Positions 29,499 through 39,467 of a stretch of DNA of 64,000 nucleotides are shown here, piece by piece. Below the pieces are notes generated by a model that was not told where the DNA came from, did not search any database, and saw only the letters and a list, made by a program, of their open reading frames with translations. Numbering within the stretch: position 1 is the stretch's first letter; each line of letters begins with the position of its first letter. The DNA comes from a virus: IMG/VR virus record IMGVR_UViG_3300009826_001423, positions 4,198 through 68,197 of that record; one strand, written 5' to 3'. The position numbers and the translations under genes are program-made.

Positions 29499-31097
29499 TT
29501 AGTGCTTCGTGCCTTTAATCACAACCGTAATCCCTGTTATTGTAATCGCACTTGCGCTTGTGTTATTAAGTTCTATTCGAACGCCATCGGTAATAAACGG
29601 GTCTGTAACTGTATGGGTATAACTTTCAAAGCAGATGCTTTTAGAATTTAACGTTCCCATTCCGATAATGCCTCGCTCTGAAGCAACAGTGTCAACACCA
29701 GCAACAGGGCGCACCAGTTCAATGCTGAACTCGCCTAAGTTGCCCGGCCCCACGCCCGATATAGTTCCAGATAACCGTACATCAATATTTAAGTTTACAT
29801 AACCATCAATTGCTTTAAATACTAATGCCCCATTTGGTGTTATACCCCATTGGTCAGCCGTTGTATTTGCCATTCTTTCAATGTTGTCCGGGAAAGCAAA
29901 TCCTTGCAATAGATTTCCTTTTGCACCAGAAGCAATATTAATATTGACGAGGCGTGAAATTCTGAATAAGTAGCCGTCAGAACGTAACGCTGGAGTTTCG
30001 CCGCCTATATCTACACTGCCATTGAATGATGCATTTCCGTTCCATGTATTGCTACCAATGAAATTATTATCGCCGTTTAACTTGGCGTATGCGCCAGCAA
30101 GTTTTATATTTTCTATCCATTGTTCAAATGGTAAAGTGTTATTGATAGGGTCTAGGCTTTGCCACGCTTGCCAAGCATTTATAAGGGCTTCTGGGCTTCC
30201 CACGTCGCTAATGCTGGTTGTCTTTGTTCTGAAAATTGCAGTATCTGAATCCCTGTCACCAACATATATAGCAAGCGTTCCATTTGTGTCATTAACCCAT
30301 GAACCGCCACCAATGAGCGGAACACTTGATGCCAGCCGTGCCTTTAGAATATCTGTTTCGCCATTTATGACTGTGTTTAGAACTATATCGCTTTCTAATG
30401 TCTGCGTAACCTTGCCCGATAACACCCGGTTAGTTTCCTGTAGTGCGCTGTTAAGTTCTGCAAGTCCGTTCCCCAAGGTAGAGTTCAATTCAGCAATCTG
30501 CTGTTGCTTATCAGTTATAGCTTGCTCTCTGTTTGTGATTTCGGAAGATAAATCATTTTCAAGTGTTTGGAAATCGCTTTGTAGCACTTGGATATCTGCC
30601 AGTATGCTAGATAAGTCGCAGCCGTCACCTATTAGTTCTTCAAGAGTGTCGAGTTTAGATTTAAGGTCAGATATGTCAATTTCCGTTACGTCAACTATGC
30701 CCTCCAATGTAATAAGGTCAAATTGCAAGGTTGCGATAGCTGATAGAATACCGCTTAAATCCACATCGTCGCTAGGCAGGTTGTCAATTTGCAACTGCAA
30801 GTCGTTAATAAGTTGCAAAAGAACTTCATCTGTTAATTTTAATGAGGATACATCATTCTGCAATTCTGCTATATCTATAAGGATGTGACTTAAATCTGCT
30901 GCACCGCCGTCTGCCGGAACGCCTGTGTCCACATAAGCGTTTAGCATTGGGTCGAATATTAACCAGTGGTTGTTTCGTAGGTCTATCATAGGGATTCTAA
31001 CAGACACGCCGTTCAAGGCAACCGAATCAGTGTAGGCTTTAGCTTTTTGCAGTGCCGCACCTATAGCCACCACATCCATTATCCGCTCAACTCCCAT
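29499..31097 (-). CDS. Fibre-like protein (coiled-coil middle, beta-rich C-terminus)
   Basis: HWLIFD...VDTGVPADG, heptad region, AKLNGDNNFIGSNTWNG. Confidence 0.5.
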   Translation of the reverse strand: MGVERIMDVVAIGAALQKAKAYTDSVALNGVSVRIPMIDLRNNHWLIFDPMLNAYVDTGVPADGGAADLSHILIDIAELQNDVSSLKLTDEVLLQLINDLQLQIDNLPSDDVDLSGILSAIATLQFDLITLEGIVDVTEIDISDLKSKLDTLEELIGDGCDLSSILADIQVLQSDFQTLENDLSSEITNREQAITDKQQQIAELNSTLGNGLAELNSALQETNRVLSGKVTQTLESDIVLNTVINGETDILKARLASSVPLIGGGSWVNDTNGTLAIYVGDRDSDTAIFRTKTTSISDVGSPEALINAWQAWQSLDPINNTLPFEQWIENIKLAGAYAKLNGDNNFIGSNTWNGNASFNGSVDIGGETPALRSDGYLFRISRLVNINIASGAKGNLLQGFAFPDNIERMANTTADQWGITPNGALVFKAIDGYVNLNIDVRLSGTISGVGPGNLGEFSIELVRPVAGVDTVASERGIIGMGTLNSKSICFESYTHTVTDPFITDGVRIELNNTSASAITITGITVVIKGTKH

Positions 31098-31300
31098 CCG
31101 TTGGTTGTGAAGAAATAAATATCGAATATCTTTGTATAGGCTACGCTTCCTACGGCTAACGCACTGCTTATTTGTTCTGGGATTTCATCAAGTGTGGCCG
31201 CATCTTCGATGAAAACTTCACAAAGGTTTTTGCTAGGGGAAACAGGCTTCGATTCAACAACTTGATACCGTTGGTTCGCCATATTAATCAGCCCTTTCAA
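31079..31300 (-). CDS. Small hypothetical protein
   Basis: GSVAYTK...YFFTTNGW; overlaps the start of the fibre-like gene. Confidence 0.55.
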   Translation of the reverse strand: MKGLINMANQRYQVVESKPVSPSKNLCEVFIEDAATLDEIPEQISSALAVGSVAYTKIFDIYFFTTNGWELSG

Positions 31301-31302
31301 GA

Positions 31303-31330
31303 AAATAAAAAAAGACCGCCAAGAGGGTCT
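31303..31330 (-). terminator. Probable intrinsic terminator
   Basis: AGACC-8nt-GGTCT followed by a T-rich tract on the - strand. Confidence 0.5.
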
Positions 31331-31394
31331 ATGTAAATATATCTGTACGAGGCATAGCCCCGCAGGGGCTGCTCCTCAGTTGTAGTTTTTCTTA

Positions 31395-31601
31395 TTATTC
31401 GTATTCGCCGCGCTTGAAAGCCCAATCGGTGAGTTCCGTTAATTGTCCGACAATGTACTCTGCGTTCCCAACATCTCCCCAGTTTATATCATCGGAGTTT
31501 GTTTCCATGTGGTTTTCCATAAAGCTGGTAAGTTCTCCGAGCAGGGTATTTGCCTCTGCTACTCTTGCCATGAATTCGGCTAATGCTTTTTCGTTTTTCA
31601 T
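31395..31601 (-). CDS. Small acidic hypothetical protein
   Basis: MKNEKALAEF...INWGDVG; RBS AGGGAGG. Confidence 0.65.
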   Translation of the reverse strand: MKNEKALAEFMARVAEANTLLGELTSFMENHMETNSDDINWGDVGNAEYIVGQLTELTDWAFKRGEYE

Positions 31602-31617
31602 ATGCTCCACCCTCCCT

Positions 31618-32031
31618 TTAGTGTTGCCCAGCGTTTCTGAATGTCCATCCACTTTTTTTGGTATATCGTGCGGTTGTTACTTCCATGCCGTTTGAACCGC
31701 CGCCCTTATGCTCGTATTGCATATGCACCTGCACCCAGTATCCAAGTTCGCCGGTTTCCTTATCTTTGAAAACGCTATTGCTGAAGCTGGAAAGGTTGCA
31801 ACTTTTGAGTATCGCTGCGAATGCCCCGGTTTGGTCTGCTATATCGGCTGACATGAAGCTGATGTGTACATTGCCTCGGATGGTGATTATTTCCGGCTGG
31901 TAGAAGGTGCAGTCTACTTTTGCAAACTCTTTTGTGTGTTCAAAAAGTTGGGTGAAATCAATCGTTTGTGCGAAGGCTACCAAGTCTTCATTGTGGTTGT
32001 CTACCGTTACCCTTTTCATGATTGCTATCAT
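31618..32031 (-). CDS. Hypothetical protein
   Basis: RBS AAGGAGG before MIAIMKR. Confidence 0.65.
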   Translation of the reverse strand: MIAIMKRVTVDNHNEDLVAFAQTIDFTQLFEHTKEFAKVDCTFYQPEIITIRGNVHISFMSADIADQTGAFAAILKSCNLSSFSNSVFKDKETGELGYWVQVHMQYEHKGGGSNGMEVTTARYTKKSGWTFRNAGQH

Positions 32032-32074
32032 TTTCGTTTCCTCCTTGGGGGTTTTGTTTGCGTTTCCGCTGTAT

Positions 32075-32107
32075 ACATTAATCACTCAGGAGGGCATTAA
32101 AAGCAAG
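32075..32107 (-). promoter_or_regulatory. Bipartite promoter-like motif, copy 1
   Basis: CTTGCT-N13-TGAGTGATTAATGT; identical core and spacing at 33079..33111 and 48199..48231. Confidence 0.6.
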
Positions 32108-32216
32108 TCAATTGTGGGGCGTATACTACACAATCATTTGGGCTGAGTAATGAGTTTTTGTGTGTAACAAGCACAAGCCAGCCGTTAGTATATAGCTGGC
32201 CTATGCAGTATGGGCT

Positions 32217-33032
32217 TTATACCGCCTCGGCGTGGGTGGTTTCGTTTGCTGCTGTGGCTTCTGGCTCTTCTTTGGTCGGTGCGCCATTTTTCCAACTTGA
32301 ATTCCCATCCAGTTTTGAAAGAAGAATTTTTCTTGCTGATTTGTATTCAGCACCTATCATCCCAAGGGAAAGCAGGAAGCACCTCATGGCGTATTTGGGC
32401 GAACCTTCAATTGGCTTTTCTTTAGCTGTGACACGCTTTTTGGCCTTTGCAGTGGCGCATAGTAGGCTTATAAGTGTGGCGTAGGCTTCTGCTTCTTCAG
32501 CAGTTTGCATCCCAAACCAAGGAAATTTTATTGTTCCATCTATTACTTGGATGGGGAGTTCTTCTGCACCAAGAGCAGCCTTTATAAGTGCCTCCTTGGC
32601 CGTTACCAGTTTGCACAGGTTTTCGAGTTTATCTGGGTTAAAGCCGTCTAAGGGCATTTCTATGGTTAAGCATTGAGGCATTTGGCAGTCGCTCTCAAGC
32701 ATACCATCTTCACCGGGGTAATCGCGCCGTTGCTTTCCTGCGCCGAGTTCTTCTTCAAGGGTCAAATTGTCGGTAAACTCTGGGGTTTCTTCGAGAGTTG
32801 GCGTTGAGTAATCCGCACTGGTCGGGATTAAGTCGTGCAACCCTTGTAAGTCGGCCACAAGCTCCCAATTGTCATCCCCGGTGAGTGTGCCATCCCTGTC
32901 AATGATGTAATCACCCACTTGGTATGCAAAGTGTGGTGCGCCTAGGTATTTGGAAGGGGTATTAAGTTCTTGGCTAATAGCTTCTACTAATGATTTACGC
33001 TTTGCGCCGGTTAATTCATATCTTATAGTCAT
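32217..33032 (-). CDS. Conserved prophage protein (often annotated 'virulence-related protein')
   Basis: KYLGAPHFAYQVG and PKYAMRCFLLSLGMIGAEYKSARKILLSKLDGNSSWK motifs. Confidence 0.75.
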   Translation of the reverse strand: MTIRYELTGAKRKSLVEAISQELNTPSKYLGAPHFAYQVGDYIIDRDGTLTGDDNWELVADLQGLHDLIPTSADYSTPTLEETPEFTDNLTLEEELGAGKQRRDYPGEDGMLESDCQMPQCLTIEMPLDGFNPDKLENLCKLVTAKEALIKAALGAEELPIQVIDGTIKFPWFGMQTAEEAEAYATLISLLCATAKAKKRVTAKEKPIEGSPKYAMRCFLLSLGMIGAEYKSARKILLSKLDGNSSWKNGAPTKEEPEATAANETTHAEAV

Positions 33033-33078
33033 GTGAATGACCTCCTTGTTTTTGGGGCTTTGCGCCCGTTCGTTGCAT

Positions 33079-33111
33079 ACATTAATCACTCAGCTTGGCT
33101 GTAAAAGCAAG
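33079..33111 (-). promoter_or_regulatory. Bipartite promoter-like motif, copy 2
   Basis: Same motif as copy 1. Confidence 0.6.
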
Positions 33112-33140
33112 CAAATAATCAATTGTAAATGTACCAAAAA

Positions 33141-34769
33141 TCAAGGAGGGTTCTGCATAACTTCATGTGCAATACCACCGAGGACAAAGACTACACATGG
33201 AAGGGCTACGCCATTACCCCAGAGGCGGTATTCAGCCGAATCGGTATGGGGGTTCTTCAGCCATTTTATTATTTGGCTTCGGCTTTTGGGCTTGGCTGAT
33301 TTTCCTACTGCTTTCCGATGGGATTCAAAAACCTTCGACCAAAACGCAATATCATCCTCTGTTGGGTCAAAAGTTTCCAGACCAAAGCACCAGTCAAAAG
33401 GAAAGCCTTGTAGCATGGCACATTCCTGTGGAGTTAATCGGCGTACAATATATTGGTTCTGCGTCACCAAAGGAGGGGCCTTGTAATCTCTTGCTTGGAG
33501 CGTAGGGGATTTCTCTTTGCAAATTTGTGCATAGCTTCCGGTAGTCATCGTGTAGGCGAAATCGTTTTTCACCATTACCATGTGATTTTCCACAGTATTT
33601 AGTGTGGGGCAAACATTTTTGCTTATACCGCTACCTCGGTGGGATGGGCGCGTGCCGTTTCCTTCCATACACACAACCACTTGACCGCCATTTCCAGAGC
33701 AAGCCCCGGTATCAAGTGTGCGGCTGATTTCCATTTCATATATTCCACTATTCGGATTTCCAGATTTCATAGAATTACTATTTTGAGAGCATATACCGAA
33801 AACGTGGGAAGAAGGTTCGCTTTTTAATACAAGAGGCACATTACCACCACCGGTACCCATGCGCTTTGTTAGCGTTTGAAATGTTCCGCTTTCATCTAAA
33901 TTAATACGGCTGTCATTTGGATGGTTCTCTACGGCAATGGCCGCTTGATTGTCACCCATATGGGCGCGAAGAGTACTGGCCGTTTCATTCCAAGCATGAC
34001 CGCCATACCCAAGCCGAGACACTGCTCCGGGTTCAAACCCAACTACCTGCCGTGGATTGCTTGGGCTTCCAGCGGTATCCGAAGAATTGCTGGCAGTTCT
34101 TTGCCACGGATAGCTGAACGATGAAGGATGCCTTGACAAGCGCGACTCGTTAAATTGTATTTCTCCGGCACGTTCGCCATTAAAATCGAGGACAATGAAA
34201 CAACGGCGGCGTCTTTGGGGGATTCCCCATAAACTCGCACACATAGTTCTCCATGCAAGGGAGAAACCATCTCCCACGATTTCACCTGCTCCGAGCCATT
34301 TTCCCTTTTTAGGCATAGGGATAGATAGGGTTTGGTCTTTGATTTTGACGAGTTCACTTAACACCTCCAAAAAGTCTCTACCTTGGTTGCTTGAATACAT
34401 ACCCGGCACGTTTTCAACTACAACGAACCGTGGGGATTGATGCCCCGTGGCTTCTCTCATTTCACGAATGACACGCACCATCTGAAAAAATAACCCGGAG
34501 CGGTCACCACGCAAACCATCACGCTTACCTGCCATAGAAAGATTTTGACAGGGAAAACCGCCAGTGATTATATCCACAGGGGGAATCATTGCACCGTTTA
34601 TTGTATTTATATCCCCAAGGTGCATCATTTGCGGAATCCGCTTTGTAGTGACACGAATTGGGAACGGTTCAATTTCGGATGACCATATCGGTTCTATTCC
34701 ACATAGTAGCCCAGCAAGAGGAAATCCACCAGAGCCATCAAAAAGAGAGCCAAGCGTCAGCCTATTCAT
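33141..34769 (-). CDS. DNA (cytosine-5) methyltransferase
   Basis: LFDGSGG, GGFPCQ, ENVPG, QRRRR and GNGV motifs. Confidence 0.95.
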   Translation of the reverse strand: MNRLTLGSLFDGSGGFPLAGLLCGIEPIWSSEIEPFPIRVTTKRIPQMMHLGDINTINGAMIPPVDIITGGFPCQNLSMAGKRDGLRGDRSGLFFQMVRVIREMREATGHQSPRFVVVENVPGMYSSNQGRDFLEVLSELVKIKDQTLSIPMPKKGKWLGAGEIVGDGFSLAWRTMCASLWGIPQRRRRCFIVLDFNGERAGEIQFNESRLSRHPSSFSYPWQRTASNSSDTAGSPSNPRQVVGFEPGAVSRLGYGGHAWNETASTLRAHMGDNQAAIAVENHPNDSRINLDESGTFQTLTKRMGTGGGNVPLVLKSEPSSHVFGICSQNSNSMKSGNPNSGIYEMEISRTLDTGACSGNGGQVVVCMEGNGTRPSHRGSGISKNVCPTLNTVENHMVMVKNDFAYTMTTGSYAQICKEKSPTLQARDYKAPPLVTQNQYIVRRLTPQECAMLQGFPFDWCFGLETFDPTEDDIAFWSKVFESHRKAVGKSAKPKSRSQIIKWLKNPHTDSAEYRLWGNGVALPCVVFVLGGIAHEVMQNPP

Positions 34770-36060
34770 TGGTTATCACATCGCAGTGCGGTATTTTTGC
34801 ACCGTTACGCTCCAAGAATACGTTGCTATCGCTTCCTAGAAGTTCTATATATCTCCGTACAATTACATCACAATATTTGGGGTCAAGTTCCATTAACCGA
34901 GATTCACGCCCGGTCTGTTCAGCGGCAATCATCGTAGTGCCAGAGCCACCGAATAAGTCCAGAATAATATCGCCTTCAAGTGAACTATTCTGTAAGGCTT
35001 TTGCCACCAGTGTCACAGGCTTCATAGTTGGATGTTCCGGGGATATCTTTGGGCGTGGTATTTGCCAGAGGTCGGATTGCTTTCGGTCTTTCAGAGGATA
35101 CAACCGTTTGCCGCTATCTAGCCAGCCATACCATAAAGGTTCGTACTGCGTGTGATAATCCTTCCTAGATAATACCAGTGAATCTTTTGCCCATATTATT
35201 GTACTTGACCAATGATAGCCCGCTTCTCGCATAGTGGTCATTACGTTGCTCCACTCTTGCGAACTCATGGCAACATATGTCATGCAACCTGGCTCTGAAG
35301 CCTCTGCCATACATTTGAAGGCTGACAATAAAAAAGCACCGAAGTCCTCGGCACTCATCTTATCGTTTAATATTTGTCTGGCTTTCCAGCTTGGATGCCG
35401 GGTATCAGAGCCATAATCCACATTCCAAGGGGGGTCTGTAAATATGCACCTTGCTCTTTTGCCGACCATAAGATTTTTAACATCAGCGGAGGAAGTGCTG
35501 TCACCGCACATAAGCCGATGGTTGCCCAACAACCAAACATCCCCACGCTGCGACACGGGGGTTTCAATTTCCTCGGCTACTTTGTCTGCGTCAAATTCAT
35601 CTTCTTTGATTTCTGGAGTATCCCCAGCCGTACCGCTTTCAGAGAATAGCTTTTCAATTTCCTCAAGGTTAAACCCGGTTAATTCAATGTTGAAATCAAG
35701 TGATTGCAGTTCCTCTATTTCCAATGCCAGCATCGCCTCATCCCAGCCAGCGTTCAGAGCCAGTTTATTGTCGGCCAGTACGTAGGCTTTCTTTTGGGTT
35801 TCGGTCAAATGCTCCACGAATACACAAGGGATTTCTTCCAATCCCTCTTCCTTTGCCGCCAAAACACGACCATGACCGGCAATGATATTAAATTCATGGT
35901 CAATAAGCAATGGGTTCACGAATCCAAACTCTCGTATACTTGAGCGTAGCTGAAGAATCTGTTCTTTGCTGTGTGTTCGTGCGTTTCTAGCATAGGGGAT
36001 TAGTTTATCAATGCTAATTTGCTCTAATCGTTCCGTGGTGTTAATTTCCCTACCATTCAT
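34762..36060 (-). CDS. ParB-N-domain N6-A/N4-C DNA methyltransferase
   Basis: PYARNARTH, TDPPWN, HPTMKPV and LDLFGGSGTT motifs. Confidence 0.93.
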   Translation of the reverse strand: MNGREINTTERLEQISIDKLIPYARNARTHSKEQILQLRSSIREFGFVNPLLIDHEFNIIAGHGRVLAAKEEGLEEIPCVFVEHLTETQKKAYVLADNKLALNAGWDEAMLALEIEELQSLDFNIELTGFNLEEIEKLFSESGTAGDTPEIKEDEFDADKVAEEIETPVSQRGDVWLLGNHRLMCGDSTSSADVKNLMVGKRARCIFTDPPWNVDYGSDTRHPSWKARQILNDKMSAEDFGAFLLSAFKCMAEASEPGCMTYVAMSSQEWSNVMTTMREAGYHWSSTIIWAKDSLVLSRKDYHTQYEPLWYGWLDSGKRLYPLKDRKQSDLWQIPRPKISPEHPTMKPVTLVAKALQNSSLEGDIILDLFGGSGTTMIAAEQTGRESRLMELDPKYCDVIVRRYIELLGSDSNVFLERNGAKIPHCDVITNE

Positions 36061-36195
36061 GTGAGTCTCCTTACTTTCATGATGAAAGCGACGCAGTGGT
36101 AGGGTCTACGCCGCTTTTTGGATTGCAAAAATTAAATACCCGCAACCATAGAGGCGCGGGTACAGGGGGTCAATTAGCTAAAATTTCACACTGCA

Positions 36196-36224
36196 ATTCT
36201 AACACACTCATTATGCCATGGCAA
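36196..36224 (-). promoter_or_regulatory. Candidate late promoter downstream of the ArpU-like activator
   Basis: TTGCCA-17-TAGAAT with extended TGn. Confidence 0.55.
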
Positions 36225-36244
36225 TGCCCAGTGTGTGAACTGCG

Positions 36245-36802
36245 CTATTTTTTGGACAGATAAAGTCCATCAATGCCAAATAACAAAGCTGTTAATCTCT
36301 CGACCGCCGCATCAACATCTTTATATATTGTCCTTTTGTCCAAATATTCTTCTTTCGCTAGGTCACTTACTGTCTTAGGTTCATCTGCAAGGTACAGCCA
36401 ATATATAACCCTGTATCGCCGTGAATCCTCGTCCTTTGGTGATCTGTCGCAGTATATTTTGTATAGGTCAATCATCATGTCTATGTGGTCTACAATAATC
36501 CGTGTTCTCACTGCACTTTGGCGTATACTCTCTATTTCAAGATTTGCATCTGTATTGAAACTTTCAAGTATATCTGCAAGGGTATAGCCTCCGCCTTGGT
36601 CTATAGATTCAGTATCGTAAATTGCGCTCTCACAATGGTCTACCAGTGAACGATATTTTCGGAGCAATAGTTTTGTATTAGCCTTTCTCTTATCGTGTTT
36701 AGTCTTGGCTGCCGTTGCCTCCTCTTCACGAAGCCTATCTATGACGAAATTAGTAATCTCCTTCAGCATAGCGGACTCCAGTTTTAGTTCTTGATTCGCC
36801 AT
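36245..36802 (-). CDS. ArpU/RinA-like late transcriptional activator (sigma-4-like HTH)
   Basis: NTKLLLRKY...RRYRVIYWLYL...LDKRTIYKD; position before the late genes. Confidence 0.7.
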   Translation of the reverse strand: MANQELKLESAMLKEITNFVIDRLREEEATAAKTKHDKRKANTKLLLRKYRSLVDHCESAIYDTESIDQGGGYTLADILESFNTDANLEIESIRQSAVRTRIIVDHIDMMIDLYKIYCDRSPKDEDSRRYRVIYWLYLADEPKTVSDLAKEEYLDKRTIYKDVDAAVERLTALLFGIDGLYLSKK

Positions 36803-36919
36803 AAATCTTCACTCCCAATTTTTTATTTTGACACTGCAACAAGCGACTTGTTATAATAACGGTGTCGAGACGTTACTTAACTGGCCGCTTGTTTCAGCAT
36901 CTTGGGAGCAGTGGCTTTT

Positions 36920-37402
36920 TTATTTTGGCGTAGAACTTTCGTAGATTGCTCCATTAAGAATTTTGGTAATTTCGACTGCAATTTCACGAATATGCCCATT
37001 TTGCTGCTGCCACACAGTCGGCAACATTGTATCGTTGCTGGCATCTTTTGCGTATTCATCTGCCACGTTCAGCACTTTAATCATGGCTTGCATTTTTTGA
37101 CCAATATGTTCCAGATTGCTTGTAGCTTCTCTCAATGATTCAGCACGGGCTTTCCAGTGGTCACGACTGCTTGCTGACTCTCTCGCTTCACCCTGTAGGC
37201 GCAAGACGTGTCCAGCAAAGTCTTGATTGATGCGTTGCGCAGATTCCAATGCTTCTAGCAAAACAATGACATCGTTCTGCACCGCTTGCCAAATTGGTGC
37301 TTTGTCCATACCGCCTACAAGTGCCGCACTTTCAGTAAGATTTTTTTGCCGCGCACGAATGGCAAGAACATCAATGTTGCTCATGAAAATCCATCCTCTC
37401 AA
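36920..37402 (-). CDS. Hypothetical coiled-coil protein
   Basis: ORF in the operon. Confidence 0.55.
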   Translation of the reverse strand: MRGWIFMSNIDVLAIRARQKNLTESAALVGGMDKAPIWQAVQNDVIVLLEALESAQRINQDFAGHVLRLQGEARESASSRDHWKARAESLREATSNLEHIGQKMQAMIKVLNVADEYAKDASNDTMLPTVWQQQNGHIREIAVEITKILNGAIYESSTPK

Positions 37403-38090
37403 ATTTATATACCCATACCCAAGGGTTATCCGCCCAATAATGCCCGTCTCCGCACTTGTCGTTTATTTTGCTCCAAAGGTGAGCATAGGCTCTAGCCCAT
37501 TTTGTCTTTGCGCCGATGTAATTGCCCCAATCTTGCATGACTTCATCAGCAGGTTCCCCAGCAATTGTGCTAGATTCGTCTTGCTTGTCACCGGGAAGCC
37601 AATCATTTTCTGTCAGACCTTCCGCTATGCAATCGTCATCAGATATATCTTGCAACCGTTCCGCTCGAACGGCAGTCATTCGGAGGAATATCCTCGCAGC
37701 GGATTTTGGCATATGAATAGACGGCTTCCATTTGTCATTATCATCCAACATGTTATTTCTGCCATTGCCACATCCAATTTCATCATCTGCACGGTAACAG
37801 TAGATTGCATCACTACCATCGTAACCAGCTATTAGCCAAGTTTCACGTACATATAAAGCATCTCCGGCATTGTATCTCGGCGTACAGGGTACAAACTGCC
37901 GCACCTTGTGTCTAGTCATCCCATTCGGCAATTTAACGGATGGCGTTGGCGGCTCTGTTTCGCACAATATATCCCTGTTTATCTCAAATACGCTATCGGT
38001 AAACTTAGGCTTAATTATTCGCCGTGTCTGTGTTTTGTTCCCTGCTAAAATTGACTTAACCATTGGGGTACTGAAAAGTATGGGCTTCAT
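37371..38090 (-). CDS. ASCH-like phage protein
   Basis: MKPILFSTPMVKSILAGNKTQTRR, LYVRETW, WKPSIHMP and NPWVWVY motifs. Confidence 0.8.
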   Translation of the reverse strand: MKPILFSTPMVKSILAGNKTQTRRIIKPKFTDSVFEINRDILCETEPPTPSVKLPNGMTRHKVRQFVPCTPRYNAGDALYVRETWLIAGYDGSDAIYCYRADDEIGCGNGRNNMLDDNDKWKPSIHMPKSAARIFLRMTAVRAERLQDISDDDCIAEGLTENDWLPGDKQDESSTIAGEPADEVMQDWGNYIGAKTKWARAYAHLWSKINDKCGDGHYWADNPWVWVYKFERMDFHEQH

Positions 38091-38171
38091 TGTCCATTAT
38101 CCTCTCTTTGGATGGTGAGGCATGGGTAGGTCATCAAACTCATTGTTCCTACCCATGCCAAGCATTACCGC

Positions 38172-39209
38172 CTATGATTTACGTCTGTATTTTGCAAACA
38201 CATCGGAAACGTCAGTTTTTGGTGTAACATTTTTGTTATTTGCTACATCAGAAAGAAAATTTATTCCGTCGGTTAGCTGGGTTTCCTTCGTAGCGGCTAT
38301 GCTTTTTGTTATGGCTTCACGATTGACTTCTACTTTCGCCCGAATTTCCTTCAGTGCAGTGTAAGGAAATGACAAGCCGCAGAATATACATATCGTGCTG
38401 TCCGGGTTAGTTCCTTGGAATACATCAAGGCAAGTGCCTGTTTCCCGTATAACAGCGTCTAGGTCTATTTGGGTGGAAGCCGAAAGCCCAATGTACTTGA
38501 TAACCCTGTCTGTTTCGGGAGGGGCAAATATGCTTTCACTGATGGACTTTATTAGCCTTGGTGTGTTGCTTGTGTTTTTAACCATCTTGCTGATAATAGC
38601 TGCGCCGCGAGTTGACAGCAGTTCTTTTATTTCCGCCACATCAATATTACCTCGCATGTTTTTATGTTGCGGAATGTCGATGAAGGAGTCAAACAACTCC
38701 ACGAAGTCACGGTTGATTGTAAACTTATCGGCTCTGTTGTTGTCCAGAATGAAAGTGGCGCAAGCATTTTCTATTCCTTCCAGTTCTTTGAAGCACTCAT
38801 ATGAATTGATGAATGCTTTCATTGACTCGGAACTGGATGGCAGTATGGTTATAGCCCCAACCTTTTTATTCGTGTGCTGAATGAGCAAGTCAACCAGCAT
38901 TGGTGATGAACCGGAACCCGTACCACCGCCGGAACTAAAAATAATGTAAATGTACTCTTCCGGGAGTTTTTGCTCTATCTGCTCTGAAATTGCTTCAAAG
39001 TCCTCAAAGATTAAATCCTTGGCTTTGTCACGGTCTTTATTACAGCCCTCGCCGCCTTTGATGTGGTAAGTGTGCTTTGCTTCGTTAAGCGTCTCCAAGT
39101 CTTCACGGGAAGTGTTAATGAATAAGACATTGTACCCACGTTCTTCAAGTAATGAACCTATGTTGCCCCCGCCTTGACCTACGGCGATAAATCCTATGTT
39201 GTTTCTCAT
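38172..39209 (-). CDS. tubZ: Tubulin/FtsZ-family GTPase (TubZ-like)
   Basis: GQGGGNI, INTS, GEGCNKDR and the GGGTGSG tubulin signature. Confidence 0.88.
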   Translation of the reverse strand: MRNNIGFIAVGQGGGNIGSLLEERGYNVLFINTSREDLETLNEAKHTYHIKGGEGCNKDRDKAKDLIFEDFEAISEQIEQKLPEEYIYIIFSSGGGTGSGSSPMLVDLLIQHTNKKVGAITILPSSSESMKAFINSYECFKELEGIENACATFILDNNRADKFTINRDFVELFDSFIDIPQHKNMRGNIDVAEIKELLSTRGAAIISKMVKNTSNTPRLIKSISESIFAPPETDRVIKYIGLSASTQIDLDAVIRETGTCLDVFQGTNPDSTICIFCGLSFPYTALKEIRAKVEVNREAITKSIAATKETQLTDGINFLSDVANNKNVTPKTDVSDVFAKYRRKS

Positions 39210-39451
39210 TTCATGGCCTCCTTCAGCGCATTTATACCTTTGTCCGTGATGAAATATGTGTGTTCACGGCTCTCTTTGATACCATTTTCCGCATACCCAT
39301 TTTCGATAAGATGCTTTAGCCTTCGATAGAGGGTATCGTTTTTTACCTCAAATTCCGAAAGTATTCTCTTCCGGCTTGTCGCACTCATTTTGGTTTTTGC
39401 TTGGCAAGTGTTCAGCATGAAATCCAAAAGTGCATAATCCAGCTTATCCAT
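39206..39451 (-). CDS. Winged-helix protein coupled to TubZ (TubR-like)
   Basis: 81 aa; TLYRRLKHLIENGY...HTYFITDKG; 4-nt overlap with tubZ. Confidence 0.7.
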   Translation of the reverse strand: MDKLDYALLDFMLNTCQAKTKMSATSRKRILSEFEVKNDTLYRRLKHLIENGYAENGIKESREHTYFITDKGINALKEAMK

Positions 39452-39467
39452 TTAACTCTTGCCAACC

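Noticed and set aside
30022-30888. Long + strand ORFs such as 30022..30888, 19965..20762, 14407..14979 and 37227..37835
   Set aside because: They are antisense shadows of well-supported - strand genes, with no recognisable motifs or RBS
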